Source: an uncultured Gammaproteobacteria bacterium
GTDB taxonomy: Bacteria; Pseudomonadota; Gammaproteobacteria; CAWCPV01
NCBI GenBank assembly: GCA_963797555.1
Contig: CAWCPV010000014.1
Coordinates: 1-64,000, forward strand
Length of the DNA: 64,000 nucleotides
Direction: 5' to 3'
The translations under genes and the position numbers were made by a program. The notes beneath the pieces are model-generated. The model saw nothing but the letters and a program-made list of their open reading frames with translations, searched no databases and was not told the DNA's origin. Each line of letters opens with the position of its first letter. Within the stretch, counting starts at the first letter, position 1. This document shows, piece by piece, positions 41,592 through 52,529 of this stretch.

Positions 41592-41944
41592 GACAGCCCC
41601 CCCTTGCGCCACTCGTACACCAGCCCCAGCAGCAGGATCAGGATGAACGCCAGTGCCCCCACGGTAGCGGGTATGCCCAGTCTCCAGTAGTCGACCGCCC
41701 AGGCGAACAGAAAGGCCGCTTCCAGCTCGAAGATCAGAAAGGAAACCGCCACCAGGTAGTAACGCATGGGGAAGGGCACCCGGGCGTCTCCCGTGGGCGG
41801 GATGCCGCACTCGAAGGGCGTGTCCCTCTCGGGGTCCGATCGGTGGCCGCCGAGCAGCCAGTTCAGCACCAGCATGAAAACCACCACCCCAAGGGCGATG
41901 AGGGCGTAGAGCCAGATGATGATGCCGGTTGTCAGGTCGGACAT
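41588..41944 (-). CDS. nuoA: NADH-quinone oxidoreductase subunit A
   Basis: [32 protein letters not shown]. Confidence 0.92.
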   Translation of the reverse strand: MSDLTTGIIIWLYALIALGVVVFMLVLNWLLGGHRSDPERDTPFECGIPPTGDARVPFPMRYYLVAVSFLIFELEAAFLFAWAVDYWRLGIPATVGALAFILILLLGLVYEWRKGGLS

Positions 41945-42064
41945 GAGGTCCCTTCAAGCAGCCACGCGCCGCACTTGCGGCCACGCAGCCCGATCCGGGG
42001 CGCGCGAGCCCGCCCTGCGGCGCCAGGAAATCCGGCCTGTGGACTCACAGAAATGCCGCCATGG

Positions 42065-42202
42065 TAACGTGAAAATGCGCCGAAGGCGCCTCAAAGTCCC
42101 CTCGCCCGCTGGCGGGAGAGGGCTTGGGGTGAGGGAAACCGGCCCTGGCGTGACAAACGTTTTCATGTTCTGGGGCGGCGAAGCTCGCCATGACCGGTTA
42201 GG
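42065..42202. repeat. About 140-bp dispersed REP/MITE-like element, copy 2 (inverted)
   Basis: Reverse complement of 3311-3449 with few mismatches. Lies about 120 bp upstream of nuoA. Confidence 0.85.
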
Positions 42203-42987
42203 CTGACACTCGCCTTGGCTAGGGTAGGGGAGGGCACAAACGCATGCAAGGTCCAACGCCACTAACCCCTCTCTCAAGTCAATCACCCTAACACCTGATT
42301 GTTCAGATTGCTTGTCTGGCGTCTCGCCCCCTCTCCAGCTCTGCCCCTGCCAGGGGGACGGACGGGGTGCGGCGATCGACTTGTCCGCGCCTGCCTCGCA
42401 TTGGCAGGTTATCGCGCTAGCCCGCGAGAATGGTCGCCGGAACAGCCGGGGCTGTCAACCTTTGGTGCGGGGGGCCAGCAGAGCTGGAATAAAGGGGAAT
42501 GCTCAGAAGACGGGATGAGAGACGATGGCGTTTCAAGCCACAGGAGCCTCGCGCCAGGGCGGCGCGGGCCTCCTTACCGTCTGTCCTGCAAGCTCGGCCT
42601 GCGAAAACAGCGGGGTTGCGGATTGACCTCGAGGGATCTGGTTAGGCGGCGGCGAGAAGCCACCATTGGTTCAGCGACCTCTGCGCCGACCGCGAGCCCG
42701 AAAGCCTCTGGCGTGCATGGCACGATAGGAATTGGGAGACGACGCCCAAGGTCCCGCAAGGTCCCGGTGTGGCCTCGCATCCGGGATCCTGGCACCCTGC
42801 CCGAGTCCTGGCGGCGCCCTGTGCGTTCGTGGGGGAAAGCCGCCACGGCTCAGCCCGAGGGTGTCATCCCGCGGACCGCTCGACCAGGCGGCTGGTCCCC
42901 CGCCTGCCCCCCTCTCGGCGTCAGCAGGCTTTCGTCAGCGCCGGTGCTGGGACGGCCGTGGCCGGGCTGTGACGGCGACCGGTGCCC

Positions 42988-44259
42988 TCAGCGGGCGCTG
43001 GTGCCGAGGCTGCGCTCGCTGCGTCCGCCGAAGCTCGCTCGGGGGCGCGCCGCGACGGTTTGGCGATCGCGACGCTGGGTGCCCGTTGCGCTTGGCCTGT
43101 GGGGCTGCGGCGCACGCGCCCGATTGTGCACGGGCTCGAAGCCGCTTAGCACTTGCGTGTGGATGTCGACCTTCACGAGCTTCTTGATCGCGGCGAACTG
43201 CTCGCGCTCCTCGGCGCACACGAGGGAGGTTGCCACCCCGCTGCGCCCGGCGCGGCCGGTCCGCCCGATGCGGTGCACGTAGTCCTCCGGGTTGTGGGGC
43301 AAATCGAAGTTCACCACGTGTGGGAGCTGGTCGATGTCCAGACCACGGGCCGCCACGTCGGTGGCCACCAACGCACGCACAGACTGGCGCTTGAAGTCGG
43401 CAAGCGCTCGGCTGCGCGCTCCTTGGCTCTTATTGCCGTGAATCGCCGTGGCGTCGATTCCGTCCCGCGCGAGCTGCTTGGCCAGCCGGTCGGCCCCGTG
43501 CTTGGTGCGGGTGAAGATGAGCACTTGACGCCAGTCCTGCGAGCCGATGAGGTGGGCGAGGAGTTCCCGCTTGCGTTCGGCATCGACCAGGTAAGCCGAC
43601 TGCCGCACCGCATCGGGTGCGACATTGGGCGGCGCCACGTCGATCACATGGGGCGCCTGGAGCAGCCCATGGGCGAGCTTGCGGATGGGAGCCGAGAAGG
43701 TCGCCGAGAACAGAAGCGTCTGACGCTTGGCCGGCAGCGCTCGGAGGACGCGCTCGATGGCGGGCAGAAAGCCCATGTCAAGCATGCGATCCGCCTCGTC
43801 GAGCACCAGCATCTGCACACTGGAGAGGTCCGCAGTGCGGCGCACGAGATGATCGATCAGCCGCCCGGGTGTGGCTACCAGCACGTCCACGCCCTGACGC
43901 AGTGCGCTGATCTGGGGGTTGATGTTTACGCCGCCGTAGACCTCCGTGCAACGCAGCGGCATATGGCGGCCGTAGCCGCGCACGCTGTCGCTCACCTGGG
44001 CGGCCAGCTCGCGCGTCGGGGCGAGTACGAGCCCCCGCACACGGCGCCTGGCGGGGCTGGCGGTGCTCGTCAAGCTCTGCAGCAGCGGCAGGGTGAACGC
44101 CGCGGTCTTTCCGGTGCCGGTCTGGGCGCTGGCCATCAGGTCGCGGCCGGCAAGAATGGCAGGGATGGCTTGCGACTGCACCGGGGTGGGGGCGTCGTAG
44201 CCGCGCTCCCTGAGGGCGCGTAGCAGCTCGGCGGACAGGCCGAGGGACGGGAAAGTCAT
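42988..44259 (-). CDS. rhlE: DEAD-box ATP-dependent RNA helicase RhlE
   Basis: Q motif, [41 protein letters not shown], and [11 protein letters not shown]. Confidence 0.88.
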   Translation of the reverse strand: MTFPSLGLSAELLRALRERGYDAPTPVQSQAIPAILAGRDLMASAQTGTGKTAAFTLPLLQSLTSTASPARRRVRGLVLAPTRELAAQVSDSVRGYGRHMPLRCTEVYGGVNINPQISALRQGVDVLVATPGRLIDHLVRRTADLSSVQMLVLDEADRMLDMGFLPAIERVLRALPAKRQTLLFSATFSAPIRKLAHGLLQAPHVIDVAPPNVAPDAVRQSAYLVDAERKRELLAHLIGSQDWRQVLIFTRTKHGADRLAKQLARDGIDATAIHGNKSQGARSRALADFKRQSVRALVATDVAARGLDIDQLPHVVNFDLPHNPEDYVHRIGRTGRAGRSGVATSLVCAEEREQFAAIKKLVKVDIHTQVLSGFEPVHNRARAPQPHRPSATGTQRRDRQTVAARPRASFGGRSERSLGTSAR

Positions 44260-44493
44260 GGAATCGCTCCTGTTGCAACTGCCAAGGCGGATACAGTCCT
44301 CGAGGCCCGGGAGTCTGAGGGTCTAAGGGCTATCGAGGAATGGCCTTGGCAGGGAACAGTCCGCGACCGGTTTGCGGGTACCGGCCTGGGAACGCGGAAC
44401 GCGTCTTGCGGGTACACTGGGCGCCTGCTGAGGGGCGCTCTGACAAACTTGGCGCGAAGAATATCACAGAATCGGCCGGATGCCTAAACTTTC

Positions 44494-45820
44494 GGTTCAT
44501 CCGGCAAATGAGTACCTCACAGGGTGGGCTCAGGGTTGCGGGGTCGTCGCCAGGGTGTGGACCCTCTGTCTGGCTTGGAGTCTGGACGGAGGAGGCGACC
44601 ATGGCGACGACGAGTTTTGTGTACCACACGCTGGGGCTTCGTGGCTACCGGCATCTTGCCACGGAGTACCGGGAAGGTCGGGTCTACCATCATGTGGAAC
44701 TCGATCGGCACCGCAAACGGTGTGGAGCCTGTGGAGCGAGGTGGCATGAACTCGTCCACCGTGGCAGCTTCGAGCGTTCGCTTCTCGCCCTTCCGGTTGG
44801 CCGACGCTAGCAGGTGGTGGTGCTGCACGGTCATCGCTTTAGCTGCCAACGCTGCGGATAGGTGGCCCGCGAGCCCATCGAGTTTGCTCGCGGCAAGGCG
44901 AGGCATCTCCAGTCCTTTGCCCGGTATGGGGTGGAGTCTGCCAGCTCGCCCCCATCAAGCATGTAGCGGCTCTGCTCGGGGTGGGCTGGGATTTGGTCAA
45001 GGACCTCTACAAGACCCACCTGCGAACCCGGCTCAAGAAGCGAAAGCTCTCCAAAGTGCTACATCGCCGTCGACGAGTTCGCGTTGCGCAAGGGTCATGT
45101 CTACATGACGGTGGTGCTCGATCTGGGCAGCGGTGCCCTGCTGCATGCCCAGCAGGGCAAGGATGCCTGGGCGCTCATTGGGTTTCTGGAGAAGCTCAAG
45201 CGCTCCCGCGCGCCGCTTGAGGCCATCGCCATCGACCTGTCCGGGGCGTACCTGAGCGCCGTGCGGCGGGTCTTTGGGGAGACGCTCGAACGTCGCGCAC
45301 GATCCCTACCACGTGGTGGCGCTTGCCAATCAGGCCATCGACGAGACCCGCCGAGTTCTCGCCCATACCCTGCAACACGATGACGCCCGGATTCTTGAAG
45401 GGCAGCCGTTTTCTGCTGCTGCGCGGCTTCGAGCACCTCGCCGACGGGGGCCGCGAGGCGCTGCGCGTTCTGATGAAACTCAACCGCCCGCTCTACGAGG
45501 TCTACATTCTGAAAGAGCAGCTTCGGCTGTTCTGGCACTTGCCCAACATGGCTACCGCCGAGACCTTCCTCGAGCACTGGACCGCCCAGGCCAAGGACTG
45601 TGCCAGCCGACCCTTCCGCCGCCTCGCCAAAACGCTCGAGCGTCACCGCCGAGGCCTGCTCGCCTACTTCCGCCACCGCATCTCCACCGGCCCCCTGGAA
45701 GGGCTCAACAACAAGATCAAGGTGCTCAAACGCCAGGCCTACGGCTTTCGGGACATGGAGTACTTCAATCTCCGGCTGATGTTCATCCACGAGGCCGCGT
45801 ACTCATTTGCCGGATGAACC
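44494..45820 (+). mobile_element. ISL3-family insertion sequence, decayed (1327 bp)
   Basis: Perfect 22-bp IRs GGTTCATCCGGCAAATGAGTAC at 44494-44515 and 45799-45820. No TSD is visible. Confidence 0.9.
44601..45817 (+). pseudogene. ISL3 transposase pseudogene
   Basis: CGAC..CQRC, IAVDEF, IAIDLS, DPYHVV and STGPLEGLNNKIKVLKRQAYGFRD. Has in-frame TAG stops and frameshifts. Confidence 0.88.
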
Positions 45821-45832
45821 AATTATGAGGCG

Positions 45833-46129
45833 GTGCGCTTCAACGCCCTGACACACGGCATCCTGAGCCGTTACACGGTGCTGGCCCATGAGGATGCCGA
45901 CGAATACCGGGCCTTGCTGGCGGCACTGTCGAAGAGCACCAAGCGGCGGGGGCGACCGAAGCGCATTTGGTGTAGGAGCTGGCAGGGATCGTCTGGCGTA
46001 AGCGGCGCGTCATTCCAAGCGGAAGGCGCGGCGATCAATCGCGGGCTGCATTCGGTGGCCACGAGCACCCACGATAACCCTATTCCGGCAGCGGCACCGT
46101 TCGAGCCTGGCCTATCGGGCGACAGATAA
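45833..46129 (+). pseudogene. Fragment of a conserved hypothetical gene
   Basis: The N-terminus RFNALTHGILSRYTVLAHEDADEYRALL is recognisable, then the frame breaks. Confidence 0.35.
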
Positions 46130-46337
46130 AAAGACCAAGGGGCACCCACCGACGCACCACCCGCCTCTCCACGCGTCGCGCCAGCCGTGATGAAGTGGAC
46201 CTTGCGGGCGTCAGGGCTATATTACATTGTAAGCTTGTCTTTGACTGCGACGATATCGCAGGCATGGTGCCAGCCGCTGGAGGGCAGATAAAACGGTCGG
46301 TCGTTATCTCTGCGCTGATTGGCAAAGTAAAAAGAGC

Positions 46338-47507
46338 ATGGATGAGTTCTTTCGGACCGAAGGCTGGAGTAGCCACGAGGGTGTAAGTCACGTCGCGATC
46401 TCCGGACCCGTTGACGGCGTGGTCGCTGATCTGCCGGAGAGAATGGTCGTGTTCTGGTGGAGTGACCGCCCGGTGGGCCATTCGATCCTCAGATGCGGAG
46501 CTCCGGCATCGCCTGCGTGCATCGATGCGGGCTTGCTCGAGAGAATCGCGGCCGAGGAACGGACCAAACAAGCGCCTGTACTCTCGGCGAGCGTCGTGAT
46601 CTGCACCCGGGACCGCCCCGGGGAACTGCAGCGGTGTTTGTCATCACTGCCGGGGCAGACCTATCCGCCCCGCGAGGTCATCGTCGTCGACAACGCATCG
46701 CGGGACCAGCGTACCCGGGAGGTCGCACAAGCCGCTGGGGCGATCTACCTTCGGGAAGACCGCCCCGGGCTTGATATGGCCCGCAACAAGGGCGCGCGCC
46801 GCGCCACGTCTGATATTGTGGCCTACATGGATGACGACGTGATGCTCCATCGGCGGTGGCTAGAGTGTCTGGTTGGGGCCTTCGATCATCCGAAGGTCAT
46901 GGCGGCGACCGGACTCGTACTGCCCGGAGAGCTGGCGACCGAGGCCCAGCGTCATTTCGAAACCTTCTGGGGCTTCGGGCGGGGATATCATCGCCAAGAT
47001 TTCGACGCCACATCCTTCGCCGCCCATAGAAACGGCGTCTTCCCCGCCTGGAACCTGGGTGCGGGGGCTAGTATGGCCTTCCGGCGCGAGCTATTCGATC
47101 GGATCGGTTTCTTCGATGAGCGCCTGGACATCGGCCAGGCAGGATGTTCGGGTGATTCCGAGTTCTGGTATCGGCTGCTCGCCAAGGGCTATTGCTGCCG
47201 ATACGAACCGAGCTCCGTGGCCTTTCACTTCCATCGGCGAACCGTCGAAGGTCTGTCCAGCCAGATCTTCTATTACATGCGAGGCCATGCTGCGGCGTTG
47301 CTCGTGCAACACGAGCGCACCGGTATCGCCGCCAACCTCACCGAGGCCTTCTACCGAAAGCCGCGCTGGTACGGCGGCCGGTTATGGGCTCGGCTTCGCG
47401 GTGCAAAATCACCTAAGGATCGCTTTCTGAAGGAAGAAATCTTGGGCTACCTGGCCGGCCTCCTTTTCTATTATCGGAACAGGCGCAGAGGCCATGAGCC
47501 CCTGTAA
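46338..47507 (+). CDS. Glycosyltransferase family 2
   Basis: SVVICTRDRP, IVVDNAS, ARNKGAR, AYMDDD, GAGASMAFRR. Confidence 0.88.
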   Translation: MDEFFRTEGWSSHEGVSHVAISGPVDGVVADLPERMVVFWWSDRPVGHSILRCGAPASPACIDAGLLERIAAEERTKQAPVLSASVVICTRDRPGELQRCLSSLPGQTYPPREVIVVDNASRDQRTREVAQAAGAIYLREDRPGLDMARNKGARRATSDIVAYMDDDVMLHRRWLECLVGAFDHPKVMAATGLVLPGELATEAQRHFETFWGFGRGYHRQDFDATSFAAHRNGVFPAWNLGAGASMAFRRELFDRIGFFDERLDIGQAGCSGDSEFWYRLLAKGYCCRYEPSSVAFHFHRRTVEGLSSQIFYYMRGHAAALLVQHERTGIAANLTEAFYRKPRWYGGRLWARLRGAKSPKDRFLKEEILGYLAGLLFYYRNRRRGHEPL

Positions 47508-50500
47508 TCATCCCCGAACCTCCGTGGTCATACCGGCAAGGAATGCCGGCAAGACCCTCACCGAGACCCTGGACAGCCTGCTCGCCCAGAGCGATCCCGA
47601 CTGGGAGGCGCTGATCATCGATGACGGCTCCACCGACGAAACGGGGGATCTCATCAAGTCTTACACGAGGCGGGATGAACGGTTCGTCGGCCTTCAGGGA
47701 CAAGGCAGGGGGGCCTCGGCCGCGCGTAACATCGGCCTCTCCCGGGCAGTCGGGCGCCGGGTCCTTTTTCTGGACAGCGACGACTGGATCGACGATCGCT
47801 TCCTCGAGCTCATGAACAGGGCACTGGACGCCGCACCAGACGCCGTGGCCGCCTATTGCGGTTATCGCCGCGTCATGCCGGATGGCCGGCAGACTCCAGC
47901 GTGCAGCGATGCGCGAATCGCGGGGGCGCCCTTTGAGACATTCGCCCGGTCTTGCGCCGCGGCGATCCACGCCGTGCTGGTAGAATGCAAAATTCTGCGT
48001 CGCGTCGGCGGCTTCGATACGACTCTGCGGACTTGTGAGGACTGGGATCTGTGGCAGCGCGTGGCCCGCATCGGCGGGCCTTGGGTACACGTCGACGCCC
48101 CGCTTAGCTATTACAGGACGAGCGAGCATTCGCTGTCGGGAGACATCGACCAGATGTTAGCCGATGCGGCGATTGTGATCGGGCGGGGCTTCTCGGCGGA
48201 CGACCGCCTATCCGGGGCCAATCCCGCCCATCCGGGCCCCGCCTCCACCACGGGGGGCAGGACGGCCGAGTTCGCCTACGCCTATTTCGCGCTCTGGTGC
48301 GGAGCCTTCGACTGCGGACGCGGCGGGACTGGCGCCAGCGCGTTCGGGCACCTCGGTGATCTGCCGCCGTCCCCCGATCTTGCGCGCTCGATCGTCGAAG
48401 TGCTGCTCGACGGCGTGACGGCGGGCCTGCGTGCCGTCCCCGCCCAGCTCGCGGCGCGCTGGCCTGAATTCGACCCCCATCTGACGGCATTGGTCGCCGA
48501 GATCGGCGAGATCTGGCAGGACCCGGTGGCCGCGCGCCGCATCCAATACGGATTCGAGCGACTCGTGCTCGATTACGACGACCTTGCCGCGCAGCGTCAT
48601 CTGTCCCTCACCCTCGGCCTGCGCGTGGACCTGCGCGACCCACGACCCATCACGCCGCCATCAGGTGTCGACCGTCTGTATGTCTACCTCTGCGACGGCC
48701 CCAGCGTGCTTGCACTCGCGGATCTCGGGGCGCTCGGCACCATCACGACCCGCGATTGGCTCTCGCTTGCCGTCTCACGCTTGGGCTACCCCGACGTATC
48801 AACGATCGCCGGCGCGTCGCTGCGGGCGGTCGCTGAGATTGCACCAACTGGGGCATGCCCTGCGCGAGGTAGCCCGTAGGCCGCGGTGGGCCCTCACCCG
48901 TCCCGGTTGGCAGCGCCTTCGGGCGACAGCCGCCCGGAAGGGATTCTTCAGCGCCGCAGGCCCCTCCCGACCAGCGCAGAGCCATGTGGAGCATCTCTAT
49001 CGTCTCCAGATGGAGGCAGACACATCCGCCAAGCGGCTGCTTTCCAGTTGGCAGCCGCCTGTGACAGAGGCGCCCAGGAAAACACGGCAGCGGCGCTATG
49101 GCGATCGCCGCACCTTCTTCGAGGATCTGTTCCAGGAGCCGGACCCTTGGAATTATGGCTCTCCTTACGAGCAGGAAAAATACGCGCGTCAGCTCGAGCT
49201 GCTGCCCGACCGCCCCATCGGGAGGGCGTTGGAGCTGGCCTGCGCCGAAGGTCGCTTCACCGAGAAGCTCGCGCCCTGTGTCGAGCAGTTGATCGCAGCC
49301 GACATTTCCAGGGTAGCGCTCGGACGTGCACGCGATCGTTGCCGCGCACTGGGAAACATCGAGTTCCGTCAGCTCGATCTTGCCGTGGATCCCCTGCCCG
49401 GCGACCTCGATCTGATCGTCTGTTCGGAGGTCCTATACTATTTGCACGATGAGGCCGAGCTGGGGCGGGTAGCGCAACGGCTCACGGCCGCCCTGAAGCC
49501 AGGAGGCCACATCCTGACCGCGCACGTCTTCGTGCTCAAGGAGGATCTCTCGCGGAGCGGTTTCGACTGGGAAAACCCCTGGGGCGCCACGACCATTAAG
49601 CGTGTCTTCAGCGCGGTACCCGGCCTCGCGCTCGATCGCTCGGTCTGCACCGAGCTCTATCGCATCGATCGATTTGTGCGTCTCCATGACGGGCAGGCGA
49701 GCGGCGACCCGACGATCGAAACCCTGCCCATCACCGCCGAGGTCGAGCCCCAAGTCGCGCGCCATATCGTGTGGGGCGGCGCTGTGGCGAGGCGTGCGGA
49801 CTTGGCCGCGACAGAGCGGCACGAGCAGGTCCCGGTGCTCTTGTATCATCGAATCGCCGACGATGGGCCGGCGGGGCTGGCACCCTATCGCGTGTCCCCA
49901 GAGATGTTCCGGGTACAGATGACATGGCTGCGCCGGAACGGCTATCATGCGATCGTTTCCGGGGATCTCGCCTGGTTTCTGGCGAACAAGCATCCCTTCG
50001 TGGGCCGACCAGTGCTGATCTCGTTCGACGATGGATTCCAGGATTTCGCCGATCTGGCTTGGCCAATCCTGCGCACCCACGATTTTAAGGCCGAGGTATT
50101 CATCGTAACCGATCTCGTCGGCCAGCGAGCCGAATGGGACCGGCGCATGGGTGAGCCGGCGCCATTGATGGACGCGCCGACGATCGTCAGGCTGGCAGGG
50201 GAGGGGGTGTCGTTCGGGAGCCACCTGGCCAGCCATCGCGGCGCCGACGGGCTGTCCACCCGCGAGCTGGCCGAGGAGCTGACGCGATCTCGGGCGACGC
50301 TCCAGCAATGGCTGGGCCTTCAGGCCGACTCCTTCGCGGCGCCTTTCGGCCTCACCGACGAGCGACTGCGTATCCTCGCGGCGGAATGCGGTTTCCGCAT
50401 CGGTTTCGGCACGGAGCTTGGCGCAGCGCACCTAACCAGCGACCCGCTCAACCTGCCGCGTATTGCGGTCCCAGGTGACTTGACGCTCGAAGGGTTCATC

Positions 50501-50563
50501 AGCCAGATGGAGGCTGCCGATGACCGACGAGCAGCTCGTCAGCGTCGTTATCCCCGCCTATAA
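47494..50563 (+). CDS. Trifunctional GT2 / NodS-like SAM methyltransferase / polysaccharide deacetylase; frameshift near 48830
   Basis: GT2 (VVIPARNA, DDGSTD, FLDSDD, EDWDLW), then DPWNYGSPYEQEKY..ALELACAEG..CSEVLYY, then VLLYHRI..SFDDG..GSHLASH..FAAPFG. It could also be two genes. Confidence 0.75.
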
Positions 50564-51584
50564 CGCCGCCGCCACTCTGGACGAGACGCTGCGTAGCGTC
50601 CGATCGCAGACGCACCATGCGCTCGAGATCATCGTCGTCGACGATGGATCCACCGACCATACCCGCGCAATCGCGGAGCGGCATGCAGCAGCCGACGACC
50701 GTGTTCAGGTTGTCACCCAAGAAAATGCCGGTCTCGCCGTGGCCCGCAATGAGGGTTGGCACCGCGCGCAATCCGACCTGATCGCCTTCGTGGATGCCGA
50801 CGACCTGTGGGCGCCTGCAAAGATCGAGCGGCAGCTCCAGGCCTTGCAGGTAGGAGGAGAGGAGGTCGGACTGGTTTATTGCTGGTTTGTACGGATCGAT
50901 AGCCAGGGCCTGGTTACCGGCCTTTGCGGGGGAAGCCGGTGGGAAGGCGACGTGCTCGATCGGATCTTGGCTGGCAACTTCGTCGGGAACGGAAGCTCGG
51001 CCTTGGTTCATCGAAAAGCACTCATGAGTGCTAACGGGTTCGACAGCCGGCTAAGAGCCGCCGGTGCAGAGGGATGCGAAGACTATCTTCTCTATTGCAG
51101 GATAGCGGAACGCTATCACTACGCGGTCGTACCCGATCATCTGGTTGGGTACCGCTATATGCCCCACAACATGTCCAGCAACCGACGGCGCATGTTGCGC
51201 TCGTGGCTACTAGTAGCGGATGAGATGCTTGGACGTCATTCTGACCATAGTGGCGCGCTGCGCAGCGGCATTCGCAACTACAGCGGCTGGCTCGTCTGCG
51301 ATGCGTTGTCCGCTAACGGCTTTAGGCAGGTCCCGGCCCTGCTGCTGTTGTTGCTCCGCTGGTACCCCACGATAGCGACGAAGGTGTTGCTGAAGGATGT
51401 GCCCCTCACGCTGCTCCGGAAGGCGCGTGACCGGCTACGCGAGCCACGCCGTGAGGACGTGAAGCCGATGACGGGACAAATCGGCCTGCCGTTTCCTGTC
51501 GGCGAGATTGACCAATGGCGTTGCTCGCCGAGGCGAGCCCAGAAGAGCAAGGGTCAGTGGGTGCCCATGCAGGATTCGCCTTGA
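50520..51584 (+). CDS. Glycosyltransferase family 2
   Basis: VSVVIPAYNA, DDGSTD, AFVDADDLW, CEDY. Confidence 0.9.
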   Translation: MTDEQLVSVVIPAYNAAATLDETLRSVRSQTHHALEIIVVDDGSTDHTRAIAERHAAADDRVQVVTQENAGLAVARNEGWHRAQSDLIAFVDADDLWAPAKIERQLQALQVGGEEVGLVYCWFVRIDSQGLVTGLCGGSRWEGDVLDRILAGNFVGNGSSALVHRKALMSANGFDSRLRAAGAEGCEDYLLYCRIAERYHYAVVPDHLVGYRYMPHNMSSNRRRMLRSWLLVADEMLGRHSDHSGALRSGIRNYSGWLVCDALSANGFRQVPALLLLLLRWYPTIATKVLLKDVPLTLLRKARDRLREPRREDVKPMTGQIGLPFPVGEIDQWRCSPRRAQKSKGQWVPMQDSP

Positions 51585-52529
51585 CCGATATCTCCGTCAT
51601 CATCTGCACGCACAATCCTCGCCCGGACTACCTGGGTCGGGTCTTGGATGCGCTCCGTGCCCAAACGCTTCCCAATGGGCGTTGGGAGCTCCTGCTCATC
51701 GACAATGCGAGCGATGACCCATTGGCCAAGACGTGGGACCTGTCTTGGCATCCTCGTGCCAGACACATCCGTGAGGACGAGCTTGGGCTGACGTTGGCAC
51801 GTCTGCGCGGGATCCGAGAAGCATGCGGTGACACCCTCGTGTACGCCGACGATGACAACCTGCTCGCCTCAGATTATCTGCAAACGGCCGATGCCTTGTT
51901 GAGGGAGCATCCCCATCTGGGTGTCGTCGGCGCCGGGATTCTGGAACCCGAGTTTGCGGTGCAGCCTTCGCCCGAATTGCTTCCCCACTTGGGGTATCTC
52001 GCGTTGCGGCGCCTGTCGGAGGCGCGCTGGAGCAACAACACAAGCGACCTGTCATGCGTGCCGTGGGGGGCCGGACTATGCGTCACGCGACGCGTGGCCC
52101 AGTCGTATGCGCAGCTCTTGCAACAGCTCGGTATCAACGATCTCCTCGACCGTCGAGGCGAGCGATGTTTCGGCAACGGAGAACGTCGCCTTTTCCTGGA
52201 GCGCGGTATTGTTGGGCCAGGGCTTCGGTGTCTTTCCAAGTCTGCGGGTCGTTCATCTGATTCGGGCGGAGAGACTGACCCAGCGCTACTTTCTCGCGCT
52301 GGTTCATGACAGCAGCTACTCTGGCGGAGTCTGCGGCTACTTGTGGACGGGAACAATGCCTGGTGGTGACATGAGCCGTGGCGAGCAATACTCGCGTCTA
52401 TGCCTGCGCCGTATCCGCAGAGGGCCATTCGCCATGCGCCTGCAATGGGCGGCCCTTCGCGGGGCGGATCGAGCCAAGGCATTCATCAGCGCGCGGCGTT
52501 TGCAGCCCTTGGCTCACCGGCATCTTTAG
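51515..52529 (+). CDS. Glycosyltransferase family 2; frameshift near 52175
   Basis: ISVIICTHNPRPDYL, LIDNAS, YADDDNLL, PWGAGLCV. The C-terminus is in ORF 51921..52529. Confidence 0.8.
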
